A DNA stretch of 64,000 nt from Microcoleus sp. (GCA_042408215.1 JAYFMW010000021.1:8683-72682); one strand, 5' to 3'; counted from the first letter of the stretch, positions 10,154-20,706 are shown. The notes: generated by a model not told the origin, from the sequence alone. Program-made: numbers and translations.

Positions 10154-11335
10154 TCAACCCTTTACGCAAACCACCTGCTTCAAAGTCGCCACAACTTCCA
10201 CCAAATCCGACTGCTGACTCATCACCTCCTCAATCGGCTTATAAGCCCCCGGAATTTCATCTAAAAAATCCTCATTTTTGCGGCACTCAACCCCCTCAGT
10301 TTGCCGCACAAAATCATCAAGAGTGAATACATTTTTTGCTTGAGTTCGAGACATCAATCGCCCCGCACCGTGAGAGCAAGAACAATAACTTTCAGCATTA
10401 CCTTTACCCTTAACAATGAAAGACTTCGCCCCCATCGAACCCGGAATAATCCCATAATCCTCAACTTCAGCCCGCACAGCACCCTTGCGAGTAACATACA
10501 CCTCTTCCCCAAAATGCACCTCTTTTTCCGCGTAATTGTGATGACAATTCACCTCCAATAACGGCTTAATAGATTTGCCGCCCGCAACGTGCTTTTCCAC
10601 AATGTGCTTAAACCGATTCATCATCACATCGCGATTAAAACGAGCATAATCTTGCGCCCACTGCAAATCGTGCCAATAAGCCGCAAACTCCGGCGTACCT
10701 GTTACAAAATAAGCCAAATCTTTGTCAGGTAGAGTAATTTCTGCCAGTTTAGCTAAATCTTTAGCAGTGTCGATATGGTGCTGTGCGAGCAAATTCCCAA
10801 TGCCGCGAGAACCGGAATGTAGCATCAGCCAAACAAAGTTTTCAGTATCAACACAAACCTCAATAAAATGATTGCCGCCGCCGAGGGAACCCAATTGTTT
10901 TAAGGCTTTATTGTCTTGGTGCTGCACGCCTTGATGAAGTTCCTTAAATTCTCGCCATCCCTGCCAGTTGGTGACTGTTTTTTCTACTTCCTTGTTTTCG
11001 GCAAATCCCACAGGAATTGCGGCTTCGATATCGAGGCGAATTAGTTTGAGTTTGCCTTCTAATTTGTCAGCGTTAAAGGGCATTTTAATGGCAGCCATCC
11101 CGCAACCAATATCAACGCCCACAGCCGCCGGAATAATCGCTTCTTTTGTAGCAATTACTGAACCGACTAAAGCACCTTTTCCTAAATGTACATCGGGCAT
11201 TAGGGCGACGTGTTTGAATACAAAGGGCAAAGATGCTACATTTTCTGCCATCTTGGTTTCTTTTTCGCCCAGGGCGTGATTTGCCCAAGATAGGACTGGT
11301 TTTGGGGTTGATATTTCTAATTTTTCGTAGGGCAT
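10154..11335 (-). CDS. rtcB: RtcB family RNA-splicing/repair ligase
   Basis: Motifs MPDVHLGKG, VGVDIGCG, LGGGNHFIE, HSGSRG, HHNY, RKGA and HGAGR. Confidence 0.95.
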   Translation of the reverse strand: MPYEKLEISTPKPVLSWANHALGEKETKMAENVASLPFVFKHVALMPDVHLGKGALVGSVIATKEAIIPAAVGVDIGCGMAAIKMPFNADKLEGKLKLIRLDIEAAIPVGFAENKEVEKTVTNWQGWREFKELHQGVQHQDNKALKQLGSLGGGNHFIEVCVDTENFVWLMLHSGSRGIGNLLAQHHIDTAKDLAKLAEITLPDKDLAYFVTGTPEFAAYWHDLQWAQDYARFNRDVMMNRFKHIVEKHVAGGKSIKPLLEVNCHHNYAEKEVHFGEEVYVTRKGAVRAEVEDYGIIPGSMGAKSFIVKGKGNAESYCSCSHGAGRLMSRTQAKNVFTLDDFVRQTEGVECRKNEDFLDEIPGAYKPIEEVMSQQSDLVEVVATLKQVVCVKG

Positions 11336-11375
11336 TTTTGTTTGAGTTTGTTTTGCCAGTTATCGTGTAGTACAT

Positions 11376-11404
11376 ATTGTAACATAAAACTTTTCGGATG
11401 TCAA
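11376..11404 (-). promoter_or_regulatory. Sigma70-type promoter of rtcB
   Basis: The minus strand has TTGACA-17 nt-TACAAT about 40 nt upstream of the start codon. Confidence 0.65.
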
Positions 11405-11418
11405 ACACACTAATTCTC

Positions 11419-11476
11419 GTAGGGTGCGTCAGTCGGGAATTTTGATCGGGATTCAGAGAGTATTGACTGACGCACC
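11419..11476. repeat. REP-like inverted repeat (GTAGGGTGCGTCAGTC...GACTGACGCACC)
   Basis: GTAG-headed palindrome in intergenic DNA. Confidence 0.65.
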
Positions 11477-11515
11477 TTACCGACTAATTCTAGAAGCGTC
11501 CTGTATTGAAAATCC

Positions 11516-12643
11516 TTAAGAGATTCCCAAAGATTGAATGAATAATTTACTGTAGGGTGCGGATTGTTGTACCTTCGCCAGCGAACCAAATAACTCTTTT
11601 CCCCCGAAGATAACTAATGTCTTCTGTTTAGAGTCAGGTTGTTGACTCAGCACTTGTGAGTGAACGGACAGAATGCTATCTGAATCAAAACGATAGAAAT
11701 AGTCCAAGTCGCCGCAAAGCTCTTCTTTAAGATCCTTGAGAGTGGGGTAAAGTTCTTTACACGGACGCGGTTCGTGACCGATTAAAATCAGTTCATCTGA
11801 TATTTCCATATTGTGGAGATTGATGATGTACATTCTCCCATTACCTGTGTTAATTAAAACGCGATCGTCCGATAGGTAGCACATATAGTAACCAAAACCA
11901 TCATCCGCATCAGGCCAAGGCCATTCGCAGAGTCCAAGTATATTGCACTCAGGAAAACTTAATCGACTGAGTTGTCGTTCGCAACTATTTAGAACTAAAA
12001 ATTCGCCACCAGCGGGATGAAATTCTGGAGGGCCTGTTTCGCAGGGAAACGGAATCTCCGCAGCGTGAATTATCAAACCATCATCGTAAACCCAGTAAAC
12101 TTGCAGTCCATTCTGACCGGAAGCAGCCCAAAGAGCTAAAATTTGATTTTCTGGGTGTGGCCAAAACGAAAAGGTACTGCCACCAAAAGGGTCTTTGATC
12201 AGAAGTGTTCGCTGGATTTGCCATGAATTAGTATCGCGGATTTGAATTTCGACTTCCTCGAATCCAATTAATTTCATGCACCAAAAACGCAAGCCGTCTG
12301 CATCAAACCAGCAGTCCTGAAATCCATTGTCATTATACACATATGAAAATTTAACAGGAGGGTTAGGTAGTTGTTCTTCAAAAACTAGCTGGTTTTCTGC
12401 TGTCACAATTGCTAAATGATTGCCATTTGCCATAATTGCTGCCAGCAAATCGCCTTTGGGGCTGATGGCTGAACGGCTAATTGCGTCGGGAAGCTGGTAT
12501 TCGTATTTTGGTGACAAGTTGCGATCGCATACAGTGACATTTTGACCGCAACTTGTCGCAATAGCCCACTCGGAATTAGTGGTTTGATTTATAGTCAATA
12601 TCCAGCCGTCAATTTGTCTTTCATATTTTGATAAAATCAGCAT
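11516..12643 (-). CDS. Hypothetical protein, probable beta-propeller (WD40/YVTN-like)
   Basis: 375-aa ORF with repeated beta-strand motifs (AISPKGDLLA, FHPAGGEFLV). Confidence 0.65.
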   Translation of the reverse strand: MLILSKYERQIDGWILTINQTTNSEWAIATSCGQNVTVCDRNLSPKYEYQLPDAISRSAISPKGDLLAAIMANGNHLAIVTAENQLVFEEQLPNPPVKFSYVYNDNGFQDCWFDADGLRFWCMKLIGFEEVEIQIRDTNSWQIQRTLLIKDPFGGSTFSFWPHPENQILALWAASGQNGLQVYWVYDDGLIIHAAEIPFPCETGPPEFHPAGGEFLVLNSCERQLSRLSFPECNILGLCEWPWPDADDGFGYYMCYLSDDRVLINTGNGRMYIINLHNMEISDELILIGHEPRPCKELYPTLKDLKEELCGDLDYFYRFDSDSILSVHSQVLSQQPDSKQKTLVIFGGKELFGSLAKVQQSAPYSKLFIQSLGIS

Positions 12644-12714
12644 AGGGATATTTAAATTTACTGGGTTGATAGACTCTATTTTAACTCAAATTTTGCACCA
12701 TTTTCAATTAACCT

Positions 12715-12885
12715 GTAGGGGCGGGTTCACCAATAGCCGATCGGGCGGCAAACAGGTTAAATAAACCCGCCCCCACCCACTCAAATCTTGCACCAATATC
12801 AATCTTCAGGAATTTCACGCGGGGTGGGGGCGGGTTTTTGAGTCTTTTGGTATCCTTTAAAGCTATTGGTGAACCCGCCCCTACA
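12715..12885. repeat. REP/REPIN-like element pair (GTAGGGGCGGGTT...AAACCCGCCCC family)
   Basis: Two inverted hairpin units. The same family occurs at ~5090-5149, 16414-16866, 38291-38457 and 46737-46800. Confidence 0.75.
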
Positions 12886-12934
12886 GTATGGGTGAGAATG
12901 GTGTTCTACAGTATTTGCTGATGCTAAATCCCTA

Positions 12935-15900
12935 TTAATTCGGAGTCTTTCTCGCCGCCTTCTGCACAGGAATAGCCACCGCCTGCGGCTTCTGCTTCGC
13001 CCCAAACATATCAAAGAAATCGTGCAGCAAAATATAAAAACAGGGAATGATAAACAGCGTCAGCAAAGTCGCCAGCGACAAACCCGAAAACACCACAACC
13101 CCCAAAGGTTGCAGAAACTCCGAACCCTCTCCAATCCCCAAAGCGAGGGGGAATAAACCCAAAACTGTGGTAATAGTTGTCATCAAAATCGGACGCAAAC
13201 GTTGAGGTGCAGCCCTGAGAATTGCTGTGGTGCGATCGACCTTTTCATCTTCCCGAATTTGGTTGGCTAATTCTACCATAATAATGCCGTTATTTACGAC
13301 AATTCCCACGAGCAAAATTGCACCGATCATCACCGTCGCCCCGATCGCAGTTTTGGTCACATACAGCCCGAAAATACCCGCAGCCAACGCCAGCGGCACC
13401 GTCAGCAAAATCACCAGCGGATCAACCAAAGAATTGTACTGCACCGCCATCGTTACAAACACTAAAAAAGTCGCCAACCCGCCCAAAAGTTTGAGCGCAG
13501 TTTGCAATTGATTGTTAGTTTCCGCAGCCGAACTCGGCACAATTCTGACTCCTGGCGGCAACTTCATTTCTGATAAAACTGCATCGACTTGTTTGACAGC
13601 ATCGCCCAAACTTGCACCCCGATTTAAGTTGCCAACTATTAAGAAAACTTGCCGCTGATTGAGACGTTGAATTTCTCCCGGCGCTTTGCCGATCGCAATT
13701 TTTGCCACATCGCTCAAACGGACGATGCTATTATTGCCAGATAAGGGAATTTGTCCGAGTTGGGCGATATTTTTTACAGAAGTGCGATCGAACTGCACGC
13801 GCACGTCCACCAAGCGGTTTCCCCGCTGCACTTGAGTCGGAACAGTACCTTCAATTGCCGTTTGAACTGTCTCCCCAATGTCTTGGGCACTGAGCCCGTA
13901 CAAAGATGCCCTTTCCCAATCGGGACGAATTTGCACTTCAGACTGCGGCGCGTCTCCATCCGGCCGAAACCGCGCTAATTTTACCTTTTCATCTAACTCT
14001 TTTAATATCTGACGGCCTGCTGATTGCAATACTTGTTCACTTGGGCCTTGAATTATGACATCAATTTCGCCACCTCTGACTGGAGAATTGGTTAAAACTA
14101 AACCTCTAATCCCTTCTGGAACCAAGCGCAGTCGAGTGCCTTTGGGAACGTCTATTTTCTTTAATTCCTCAGTCATTCTTTCTGTAAAGGCGATGGTACT
14201 TGTACCTTTTTTTAGGGTAATTGTGCTGCTTCCCCTGAGCAAATTTTCGATCGTATTGTTGCCGAACAGCAGCCCTCCCGCTGTCGTTAAAGTGTACTCT
14301 GTTTCTGGCTGTGCGAGCAGCAGTTTATCGGCGGCTGCAACTACTTTTTGATTGGTTTCCAAGTTAGTCCCCGCAGGAAACAAAGCAAATAATCGTGCTT
14401 GACTTGTATTAACTTTCGGCAAAATTTCTTGGGGAATTTGACCAGCCATTACCCAAGTGCCACCACCTAAAATCACGAAAGCGACTACAATGATAATTAA
14501 CCGCAAACCCAGCACTTTTGACAGCATCGAACCGTAGGCGCGCGTAGCATTTTCAAAGCCACGGTTGAAATGTTTGATCGGCCCAAACTCACTGATGCCG
14601 CTGGAATAAGACATTCCCATCAAGCGAGAAGTCAGCATCGGCACTATAGTTAATGCTACTACCAGGGATGCTGCGACTGCAAAGCTAATTGTTAAAATTA
14701 ATTCGCTAAACAGCAGGGAAAAAAAGCCGCCAATTAGCAAAAATGGCAGCACTGATACTAAGTTAGCAGCAGTGGAGGCAACCATTGCTGATTCTACTTC
14801 TTGACTCCGCATTACTGATTCTTCGATGGTGCGTTCTTTGCGGTCTTTGATTCTGCCTTTTTTTAGATGAGGGTTGTTGTCTAGACCGACTACAATATTT
14901 TCTAAAATCACGACGCTGGTGTCAATTGCCTGACCGATTCCTAATGCTAAACCGCCTAAACTAAACAAGTTCAGCGACAAGCCAAACAAGCGCATTAAAA
15001 TAATGGCTGCGAGAGTACATAGGGGAATAGTCAGAGAGATAATTAGGGTTTGTCTGAGGGAACCTAAAAAGAACAAAACTGCGATCGCAGCCAACACTGC
15101 CCCGGAAACTCCCGCATTCGCAACATCGGCTAAGGAATTGCGGATGAAGCGGGATTCGTCTAAGGTCGTAACTACTTCCATATCTGCCGAAATTAACCCG
15201 GAATTCTGCATTTCTTTGAGGCGATTTTTCACTCCGTCCACAACCGTAATCGTGTTGGCATCCGGCTGTTTCAAGATGCTGATTTTAACGGCTGGTTTTT
15301 GATTGAGAAAAACTTTGACTCGCTGTTCTTCTGTGCCGTCATTGACTGTGGCAAAATCGCGCAGGTAAACTCGTTTGGGCGGGTTGGAACCGGATATTTG
15401 AAAGGAAATGTTGTTGATGTCGGCGGCTGTTTTAAAGCGGCCGATTGTGCGCGTCAGTGGTTCCTTGGATTCTTGGCGCAGTCGGCCGCCGGAAGTATCT
15501 AAATTGCGCGATCGCAAAGCATTGAAAACATCGTTAAGATTAACTCCTAAACTTTGCAATCGATTCAGGTCAATATTAACTTGAATTTCTTCTTGAACGC
15601 CGCCGGAAACGTCAACTGCTGCTACTCCGGGAATTACGTTAATTTCCCTGGCTAATTCGTCATCGGCGAATACGCGCAAATCTACGCCTTGGCGCGAGTC
15701 GGAAGTCAGCGCAAATTCGTACACCGGCTGTTGAGACGGGTCGAATTTAAATAGATTTGGCGATTCAACTGTGTCGGGAAGTCGGTTGCGGATGCGGTTA
15801 ACGGCGGCTGTGGCGTCGTTGAGGGCTTGGTTGATGTCGCCCCCTGGTTTGAAGAATAAATCGACGCTGACTTGTCCTTCGCGGGTGCGGGAGAAGACTT

Positions 15901-16156
15901 GCGTGACTCCTTCTGTGGCGGAAAGTCCTTGTTCGAGGGGGCGGGTAATTTCGTCAACTGCTACTTCTGGGGAGACTCCGGGGGCGTCTAGGCGCACGCT
16001 GATCCGGGGATAGGTGATGGATGGTAGCAAGTCAACGGGTAGTTGGGTGATGTAAAAAATGCCCACAACTATAATCGCCAGTGTCAGCATCAGGGTGCCG
16101 ATGTGGCGACGAATGGCGATCGCGCTAATGCTGAATCCGGTTTTGTCGGGGGTCAT
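12935..16156 (-). CDS. RND efflux transporter permease subunit (AcrB/CzcA family)
   Basis: 1073 aa with two transmembrane bundles and the motifs LPVDLLP, GIVVNNGI and RLRPILMTT. Confidence 0.95.
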   Translation of the reverse strand: MTPDKTGFSISAIAIRRHIGTLMLTLAIIVVGIFYITQLPVDLLPSITYPRISVRLDAPGVSPEVAVDEITRPLEQGLSATEGVTQVFSRTREGQVSVDLFFKPGGDINQALNDATAAVNRIRNRLPDTVESPNLFKFDPSQQPVYEFALTSDSRQGVDLRVFADDELAREINVIPGVAAVDVSGGVQEEIQVNIDLNRLQSLGVNLNDVFNALRSRNLDTSGGRLRQESKEPLTRTIGRFKTAADINNISFQISGSNPPKRVYLRDFATVNDGTEEQRVKVFLNQKPAVKISILKQPDANTITVVDGVKNRLKEMQNSGLISADMEVVTTLDESRFIRNSLADVANAGVSGAVLAAIAVLFFLGSLRQTLIISLTIPLCTLAAIILMRLFGLSLNLFSLGGLALGIGQAIDTSVVILENIVVGLDNNPHLKKGRIKDRKERTIEESVMRSQEVESAMVASTAANLVSVLPFLLIGGFFSLLFSELILTISFAVAASLVVALTIVPMLTSRLMGMSYSSGISEFGPIKHFNRGFENATRAYGSMLSKVLGLRLIIIVVAFVILGGGTWVMAGQIPQEILPKVNTSQARLFALFPAGTNLETNQKVVAAADKLLLAQPETEYTLTTAGGLLFGNNTIENLLRGSSTITLKKGTSTIAFTERMTEELKKIDVPKGTRLRLVPEGIRGLVLTNSPVRGGEIDVIIQGPSEQVLQSAGRQILKELDEKVKLARFRPDGDAPQSEVQIRPDWERASLYGLSAQDIGETVQTAIEGTVPTQVQRGNRLVDVRVQFDRTSVKNIAQLGQIPLSGNNSIVRLSDVAKIAIGKAPGEIQRLNQRQVFLIVGNLNRGASLGDAVKQVDAVLSEMKLPPGVRIVPSSAAETNNQLQTALKLLGGLATFLVFVTMAVQYNSLVDPLVILLTVPLALAAGIFGLYVTKTAIGATVMIGAILLVGIVVNNGIIMVELANQIREDEKVDRTTAILRAAPQRLRPILMTTITTVLGLFPLALGIGEGSEFLQPLGVVVFSGLSLATLLTLFIIPCFYILLHDFFDMFGAKQKPQAVAIPVQKAARKTPN

Positions 16157-16430
16157 TTGATTTTAGATTTGGGATTTTGGATTTTGGATTGAAGAGTTGA
16201 CTCGAACTTTGAATTGTGGGGCTTGCGACCAAATTCTTTTCGGTCAGGCTTTATTTTCGATCGGGAGCGATCGCATATTTACGGTCCGCACCTTACAATT
16301 GCTCTAATAAATCTTAATAATATCTCAAGTTTTTTTTAATATTTCTTTAGAGGTAGCCGATCGCCCAAAATAGAGAGCGAGATAAGTGGCGATCGGCTTT
16401 TTTATTGACTTTTAGTGGGGGCGGGTTTAT

Positions 16431-16719
16431 AAGAAATACCCTGAAAACCCTGCGACTTTAGTCCAGGGATGAAAGGGCGTTGCAGGATTTATCCTGCCCA
16501 TCTTGACAAACTGATTTTGGTTTGATAAAGTTGTTGAAACTTAGTTGGTGAAAAACCCGACAGTTGCAAGCCGTTAGGCAAAAAAGTAGCCATAGACTCA
16601 GTCATGAGCGAGTGGGTAGTGGGTATCTGACTTACCCTTTAAGAATTCAACTTTGGGCGGATTCATCCCCCAATGTTTGTCCTTAAGAATCCCCGCGTCT
16701 TCAGACCGGGGAGTGTCAA
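16431..16719 (+). mobile_element. Non-autonomous IS200/IS605-family miniature element (no ORF) inserted in a REP loop
   Basis: Left subterminal hairpin CCCTG...CAGGG-ATGAA. Right end AAGAATCCCCG...CGGGGAGTGTCAA is typical of tnpB elements. The element is preceded by TTTAT, and removing it rejoins the GGGCGGGTTT...AAACCCGCCC REP. Confidence 0.8.
16503..16531 (+). promoter_or_regulatory. Sigma70-type promoter inside the mini-element
   Basis: TTGACA-17 nt-TAAAGT with an extended TG, pointing toward the right end. Confidence 0.6.
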
Positions 16720-16740
16720 TTATGCTTGTAGCTGCACCGC
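16534..16740 (+). ncRNA. Putative stand-alone TnpB omegaRNA (reRNA) scaffold plus flanking guide
   Basis: About 180 nt lie between the promoter and the TCAA right end. GTTGAA/TTCAAC could pair at long range. This call is inference only. Confidence 0.45.
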
Positions 16741-16909
16741 AATATCTCTGGTAAAACCCGCCCCTTGTGTCTTGAAAGAGGTAGATTGCGATTTGCCGTT
16801 GGGTGGGGGCGGGTTTACTATATTATGGGTTTTCGGCAATTCTTGTTTGTAAAACCCGCCCCTACAGTCTTATTCCTAATGACTAATGACTGCTGACTAA
16901 TGACTTCTT

Positions 16910-17512
16910 TCACTGTACTTGACTGCCGTGGACGCGGGGGTCGGAACTGCTTGTTTTCACAGGCCCTGTGGGGGGAGTAAAATTAGAAACTTGACCCGTA
17001 GCTTGCGCGTGTGGCAAATCTTTCCCTGCAATTAAAGCCTCTAAATTAGCTTCCATAATACTGCGTGGCGCTTCGCCGATCGTTTCAGCAACGGCGCTGC
17101 CTTTATTGTTTAAATAAACAAAGTGTGGAATGCCGTCTACCCGATATTTTGAAACTTCTGGTAGCCATTTATCATTGTCCACATTCAGCATCACAAAATT
17201 TAGCGGTTCGGCGTATTTCTGTTTGATTTCGCTCAAATCCTTTGCCATTGCTTGACAGCTACCGCACCAATTAGCATAAAATTCCATGAGTGTCGGCTTG
17301 CCATTGACTAAAGCTGTTTCCAGAGGTGCGGAGGCTTTGGCCATTGCGGTGAGACTACTTGACGGCGTTTGAGTTCGTATTCCGAAAAATATCGATACTG
17401 AAAGGGCGATCGCTGCTAACACAATTAATAAGTTTCTGATGCGCGTCGCTGCTTTTGCTTCGGATTTTTTTGGTGCGGGGGCCGCAGTTGATTTTGGCGA
17501 TTTGGGACTCAT
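16910..17512 (-). CDS. txlA: Membrane-anchored thioredoxin-like thiol:disulfide interchange protein (TxlA/HCF164-like)
   Basis: N-terminal TM helix, FYANWCGSC CxxC motif, YRVDGIPHF. Confidence 0.8.
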   Translation of the reverse strand: MSPKSPKSTAAPAPKKSEAKAATRIRNLLIVLAAIALSVSIFFGIRTQTPSSSLTAMAKASAPLETALVNGKPTLMEFYANWCGSCQAMAKDLSEIKQKYAEPLNFVMLNVDNDKWLPEVSKYRVDGIPHFVYLNNKGSAVAETIGEAPRSIMEANLEALIAGKDLPHAQATGQVSNFTPPTGPVKTSSSDPRVHGSQVQ

Positions 17513-17698
17513 AAAATGGATTTTGATTTTAATTGTAGGTTTTTTATTTTTAATATCCGTCTCCGATTATACCACATTCTGAGAACACAACACGTTTATA
17601 ATAAATATTTTGTTAAACTTGCGTGCCGCTGACAAATCTCAAGTACGCTAAAAGATCAGAATCAAAAAATTCCCTGTAAATTACCGAGGACTAGAGGC

Positions 17699-18103
17699 GT
17701 GAAAAAACGGGTAACGCTGACGTTTCCCCAACGATCGATCCAAATGCCTGTCACCTACCGACTGGCCAAGGATTTTAATGTTGCTGCCAACATTATCCGC
17801 GCTCAGGTGGCTCCGAATCAAGTGGGGAAACTGGTGCTAGAGTTATCAGGGGACATCGACCAACTCGAAGCGGCGATCGACTGGCTGCGATCGCAAAACA
17901 TCGGCGTTTCCCTAGCCAGCAGGGAAATACTCATAGACGAAGATATCTGCGTTCACTGTGGCTTGTGTACGGGGGTTTGCCCCACAGAAGCCTTGACCCT
18001 TGACCCAGAAAGCTTTAAACTAACGTTTGCTCGATCGCGCTGTATCGTCTGCGAGCAGTGCATCCCTACTTGTCCGGTGCAAGCTATTTCTACTAACCTG
18101 TAG
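17699..18103 (+). CDS. NIL domain plus 2x[4Fe-4S] ferredoxin protein
   Basis: N-terminal NIL domain, two CxxCxxCxxxCP motifs, GAGG RBS before the GTG start. Confidence 0.9.
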   Translation: MKKRVTLTFPQRSIQMPVTYRLAKDFNVAANIIRAQVAPNQVGKLVLELSGDIDQLEAAIDWLRSQNIGVSLASREILIDEDICVHCGLCTGVCPTEALTLDPESFKLTFARSRCIVCEQCIPTCPVQAISTNL

Positions 18104-18128
18104 CCCAGCCAAAAATCCGATCGGTAAG

Positions 18129-18578
18129 ATGAGAAAAAACTCTTGGGTTTCCCTAACTCTACTTTTTGTTACCTACTTCACTTTGGGCTGGAAATTATCT
18201 GGCTTTAAGATTCCCTTGCCGATTGCTTGGCTTTTATCTGTAGCTGCCGTTTTGCTATTAACTGTCCTCTTGTCGTTCCCGCTGAAGGACACAAGAACCT
18301 TAATTACCAGGTGGTTTAAGACTGATACAGGTGCTTTTATGTCTATCATTTTATCAGCTCTTTTTGCAGTTATAGTTGTTACATGGTTGCACCTTTTTGC
18401 TACTGGTTTAGTCTTGTTTTCAGCCGGAGCTTTAGCAAGACTAGACATTCAAATGTCTGGTTTAAAAAAATGGGGTGCTTTTGGGGTATTAGCTGCTGTG
18501 TCTATGACTGGCTTGGGGTTGGGCGGAGCGCTAGATATTTTGTTAAAAAATGGCAGTATCGTGTGGTCACAATTGTAG
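18129..18578 (+). CDS. Hypothetical membrane protein
   Basis: About five hydrophobic helices. The ATG at 18129 follows the NIL gene directly. Confidence 0.7.
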   Translation: MRKNSWVSLTLLFVTYFTLGWKLSGFKIPLPIAWLLSVAAVLLLTVLLSFPLKDTRTLITRWFKTDTGAFMSIILSALFAVIVVTWLHLFATGLVLFSAGALARLDIQMSGLKKWGAFGVLAAVSMTGLGLGGALDILLKNGSIVWSQL

Positions 18579-18790
18579 ATTGGGAATGGGGAATGGGGAA
18601 TGGGGAATTGGGAATGGGGAATGGGGAATGGGGAATTGGGAATGGGGAATGGGGAATGGGGAATGGGGAATGGGGAATGGGGAATTGGGAATTGGGAATT
18701 CGTAATTGGGAATTGGGAATTCGTAATTGGGAATTCGTAATTGGGAATTGCTAGTAAATAACCAATAACCAATAACCAATAACCAATAAC
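18579..18790. repeat. STRR arrays (GGGAATG/GGGAATT)n and (TAACCAA)n
   Basis: Heptamer tandem repeats. Confidence 0.9.
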
Positions 18791-18798
18791 TATTGCAA

Positions 18799-18824
18799 TA
18801 AAAAAGCAGCTCGATCGAGCTGCT
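18799..18824 (-). terminator. Intrinsic terminator, minus strand
   Basis: Palindrome AGCAGCTCGATCGAGCTGCT followed by a T-run on the minus strand. Confidence 0.55.
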
Positions 18825-19223
18825 CGTCAGAATGCATGAGGTATTGTTTTTAGAATAGAACAGCTTGAATTCGATCGCTGCTGGGTTACATTTTTTGATA
18901 CGGGAGACTTAATTTTGAATGGACGATCGGGAAATCGTCACATAGGAGGATACCATTGGTGCTAAATTTTAGGACAATCTAATTAGCGTTTAACTGTCCT
19001 TGCGCCCTACAGCCCGACTGCGGTGGGGCCATTTTATTTTTGCCGAGAAGTTAGCAGCGGATTGTAACACATCAAACAGGTCTGCCATTAGTTTTTGTAC
19101 AAAATCTCCCGATCGCTCCTCAAACTCATAAAACTTACGCACCGCGTCGGGTGAAATACGGTTAAGAAGGCATATATTGGGCATTCAAACAGATTGATTG
19201 AGCGAGAAACTGATTTGCGCGGC

Positions 19224-19787
19224 TTAATTCACATCGAAGGCCTGGCCCGATCGATTTTTGGATTCGATCACTTTTTCGATTTCCTCGATCGCCCTAGCAG
19301 CCACAACTTCCGGCGTTTCGCTAATATTTGCACAGACTCGGACATCTGCTTGAGCATAGAAACGCTCTCGCTCCTTCAAGAGGGTTTCCAGCTTGGATTT
19401 GAGCTCGCCATCCCGCAGTAGGGGTCGAGTGGTGTCTTCCCGCAGGCGATCGCACAGTTGGTCTACGGGCACATCCAGCCAAACCACTATACCGTGATGC
19501 AAGTAACTCCAATTAGTCAATCGCAAAATAATGCCACCACCCGTAGCAACAATCAAATTTGTATAAGCAGACAATTGGCCAAGCACTTGAGTTTCTAATT
19601 CCCGAAATGCCTCCTCTCCTTGATCCGCAAAAATATCTGCGATCGACTGATTAGCAACTTGAGCAATTACTGCATCAGTATCAAAAAAATGATACTTTAA
19701 TTTCCTTGCCAAAATGCGCCCCACCGTTGTTTTCCCCGCGCCCATCATCCCGACGAGATAGAGGTTCACTCCTCTCAATAAATCCAC
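19224..19787 (-). CDS. aroK: Shikimate kinase
   Basis: GMMGAGKTT P-loop, DTD, GEEAFR, ATGGG and RPLL motifs. Start is probably GTG 19787 or TTG 19793, not 19928. Confidence 0.93.
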   Translation of the reverse strand: MDLLRGVNLYLVGMMGAGKTTVGRILARKLKYHFFDTDAVIAQVANQSIADIFADQGEEAFRELETQVLGQLSAYTNLIVATGGGIILRLTNWSYLHHGIVVWLDVPVDQLCDRLREDTTRPLLRDGELKSKLETLLKERERFYAQADVRVCANISETPEVVAARAIEEIEKVIESKNRSGQAFDVN

Positions 19788-19809
19788 AGTCAAATCCTCC
19801 GATATTTTG

Positions 19810-20697
19810 CTATTTTTTAAGGTTAATCGGCCCGCCACTGGGGCGATCGTCCTCAAACCGATCGTCATCCTCATCCAATCCCCAATCATCCTCATCTTCA
19901 CTATTATTTTTAGCCACTTCTGGGCCACCCGTCTCAGGAATCGTCGCCCCTTGGGGGGGAACGATCACCCGATAGTCCGCATCGTAGACAGACTCAGTTT
20001 GTCCCACCCCTGATTGGTTAGGATCGCGATAGCCATAAGAGTAGACTGAGCCTGTCCAGGACTTGCTTTTCGGCTCCTGTTTGACTTCATAATCCCTCGG
20101 ATTTGCCTCTACAACGTCATTTACGGCCGATCGATCGACAATTTCGCGATTTTCCCCCCAATCGTCTTCACCGTCTTGAGAGCCAATTTTAGAGCCACCT
20201 GAGACCCAATCGTCATCATCATCGGCTGCAACAGAAGTCCCAGCTTGAGCATAAGTTTTCGCGTTACCAGAGTTCGGGGGCCCAACATCCTGCAGGAAAG
20301 TCCGAGCATTATAACCAGTGGGCGTACCGTAATCAGTTCGGTATCCAGAAGCAGGCTGAGTTTCGGTATTTCCCCTAGGGCGATCGGGGTCAATTTCCGG
20401 TTTTCTGGGAGGGGGAGAGGCTGGGTAAGGTGTCCTCTTGTCCGCCGCGAAAGTATTGCGGCCGCCACTGTCGCGGCTGGTGCGCTTTGGCGGTTGAGAA
20501 AGGTAATTTGAGAAAGCCAGCAAGCCAGAAATCAACAAAGATGTGACAACTCCCGCCCCCATGCTGAATAAGATCCAGATAGATAGTGGCACAGCGGGCG
20601 ATCGCATTCCCAAAAACACCAGCGACACCGGATCAACATTTTGTAGGGCGAAAATAGTCAGCCCCACCACAATTACTAGCAAAAATACAGCACGCAT
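19810..20697 (-). CDS. LapA (DUF1049)-like membrane protein with an acidic disordered tail
   Basis: N-terminal IFALQN...VSLVFLG...PLS.W motif and two TM helices. Confidence 0.75.
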   Translation of the reverse strand: MRAVFLLVIVVGLTIFALQNVDPVSLVFLGMRSPAVPLSIWILFSMGAGVVTSLLISGLLAFSNYLSQPPKRTSRDSGGRNTFAADKRTPYPASPPPRKPEIDPDRPRGNTETQPASGYRTDYGTPTGYNARTFLQDVGPPNSGNAKTYAQAGTSVAADDDDDWVSGGSKIGSQDGEDDWGENREIVDRSAVNDVVEANPRDYEVKQEPKSKSWTGSVYSYGYRDPNQSGVGQTESVYDADYRVIVPPQGATIPETGGPEVAKNNSEDEDDWGLDEDDDRFEDDRPSGGPINLKK

Positions 20698-20706
20698 ATT
20701 AATAAT

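Noticed and set aside
11368..11384. LexA box overlapping the rtcB promoter (AGTACATATTGTAAC)
   Set aside because: Half-site spacing is one base off the cyanobacterial RGTAC-N3-DGTWC consensus; too weak to call.
18383..18779. ORFs with GNGEW / PIPHS repeats (also 20543-20864 and 62189-62431)
   Set aside because: Open frames created by STRR heptamer arrays.
19788..19928. N-terminal extension of aroK
   Set aside because: It overlaps the upstream gene in another frame; shikimate kinase homology starts near 19787.
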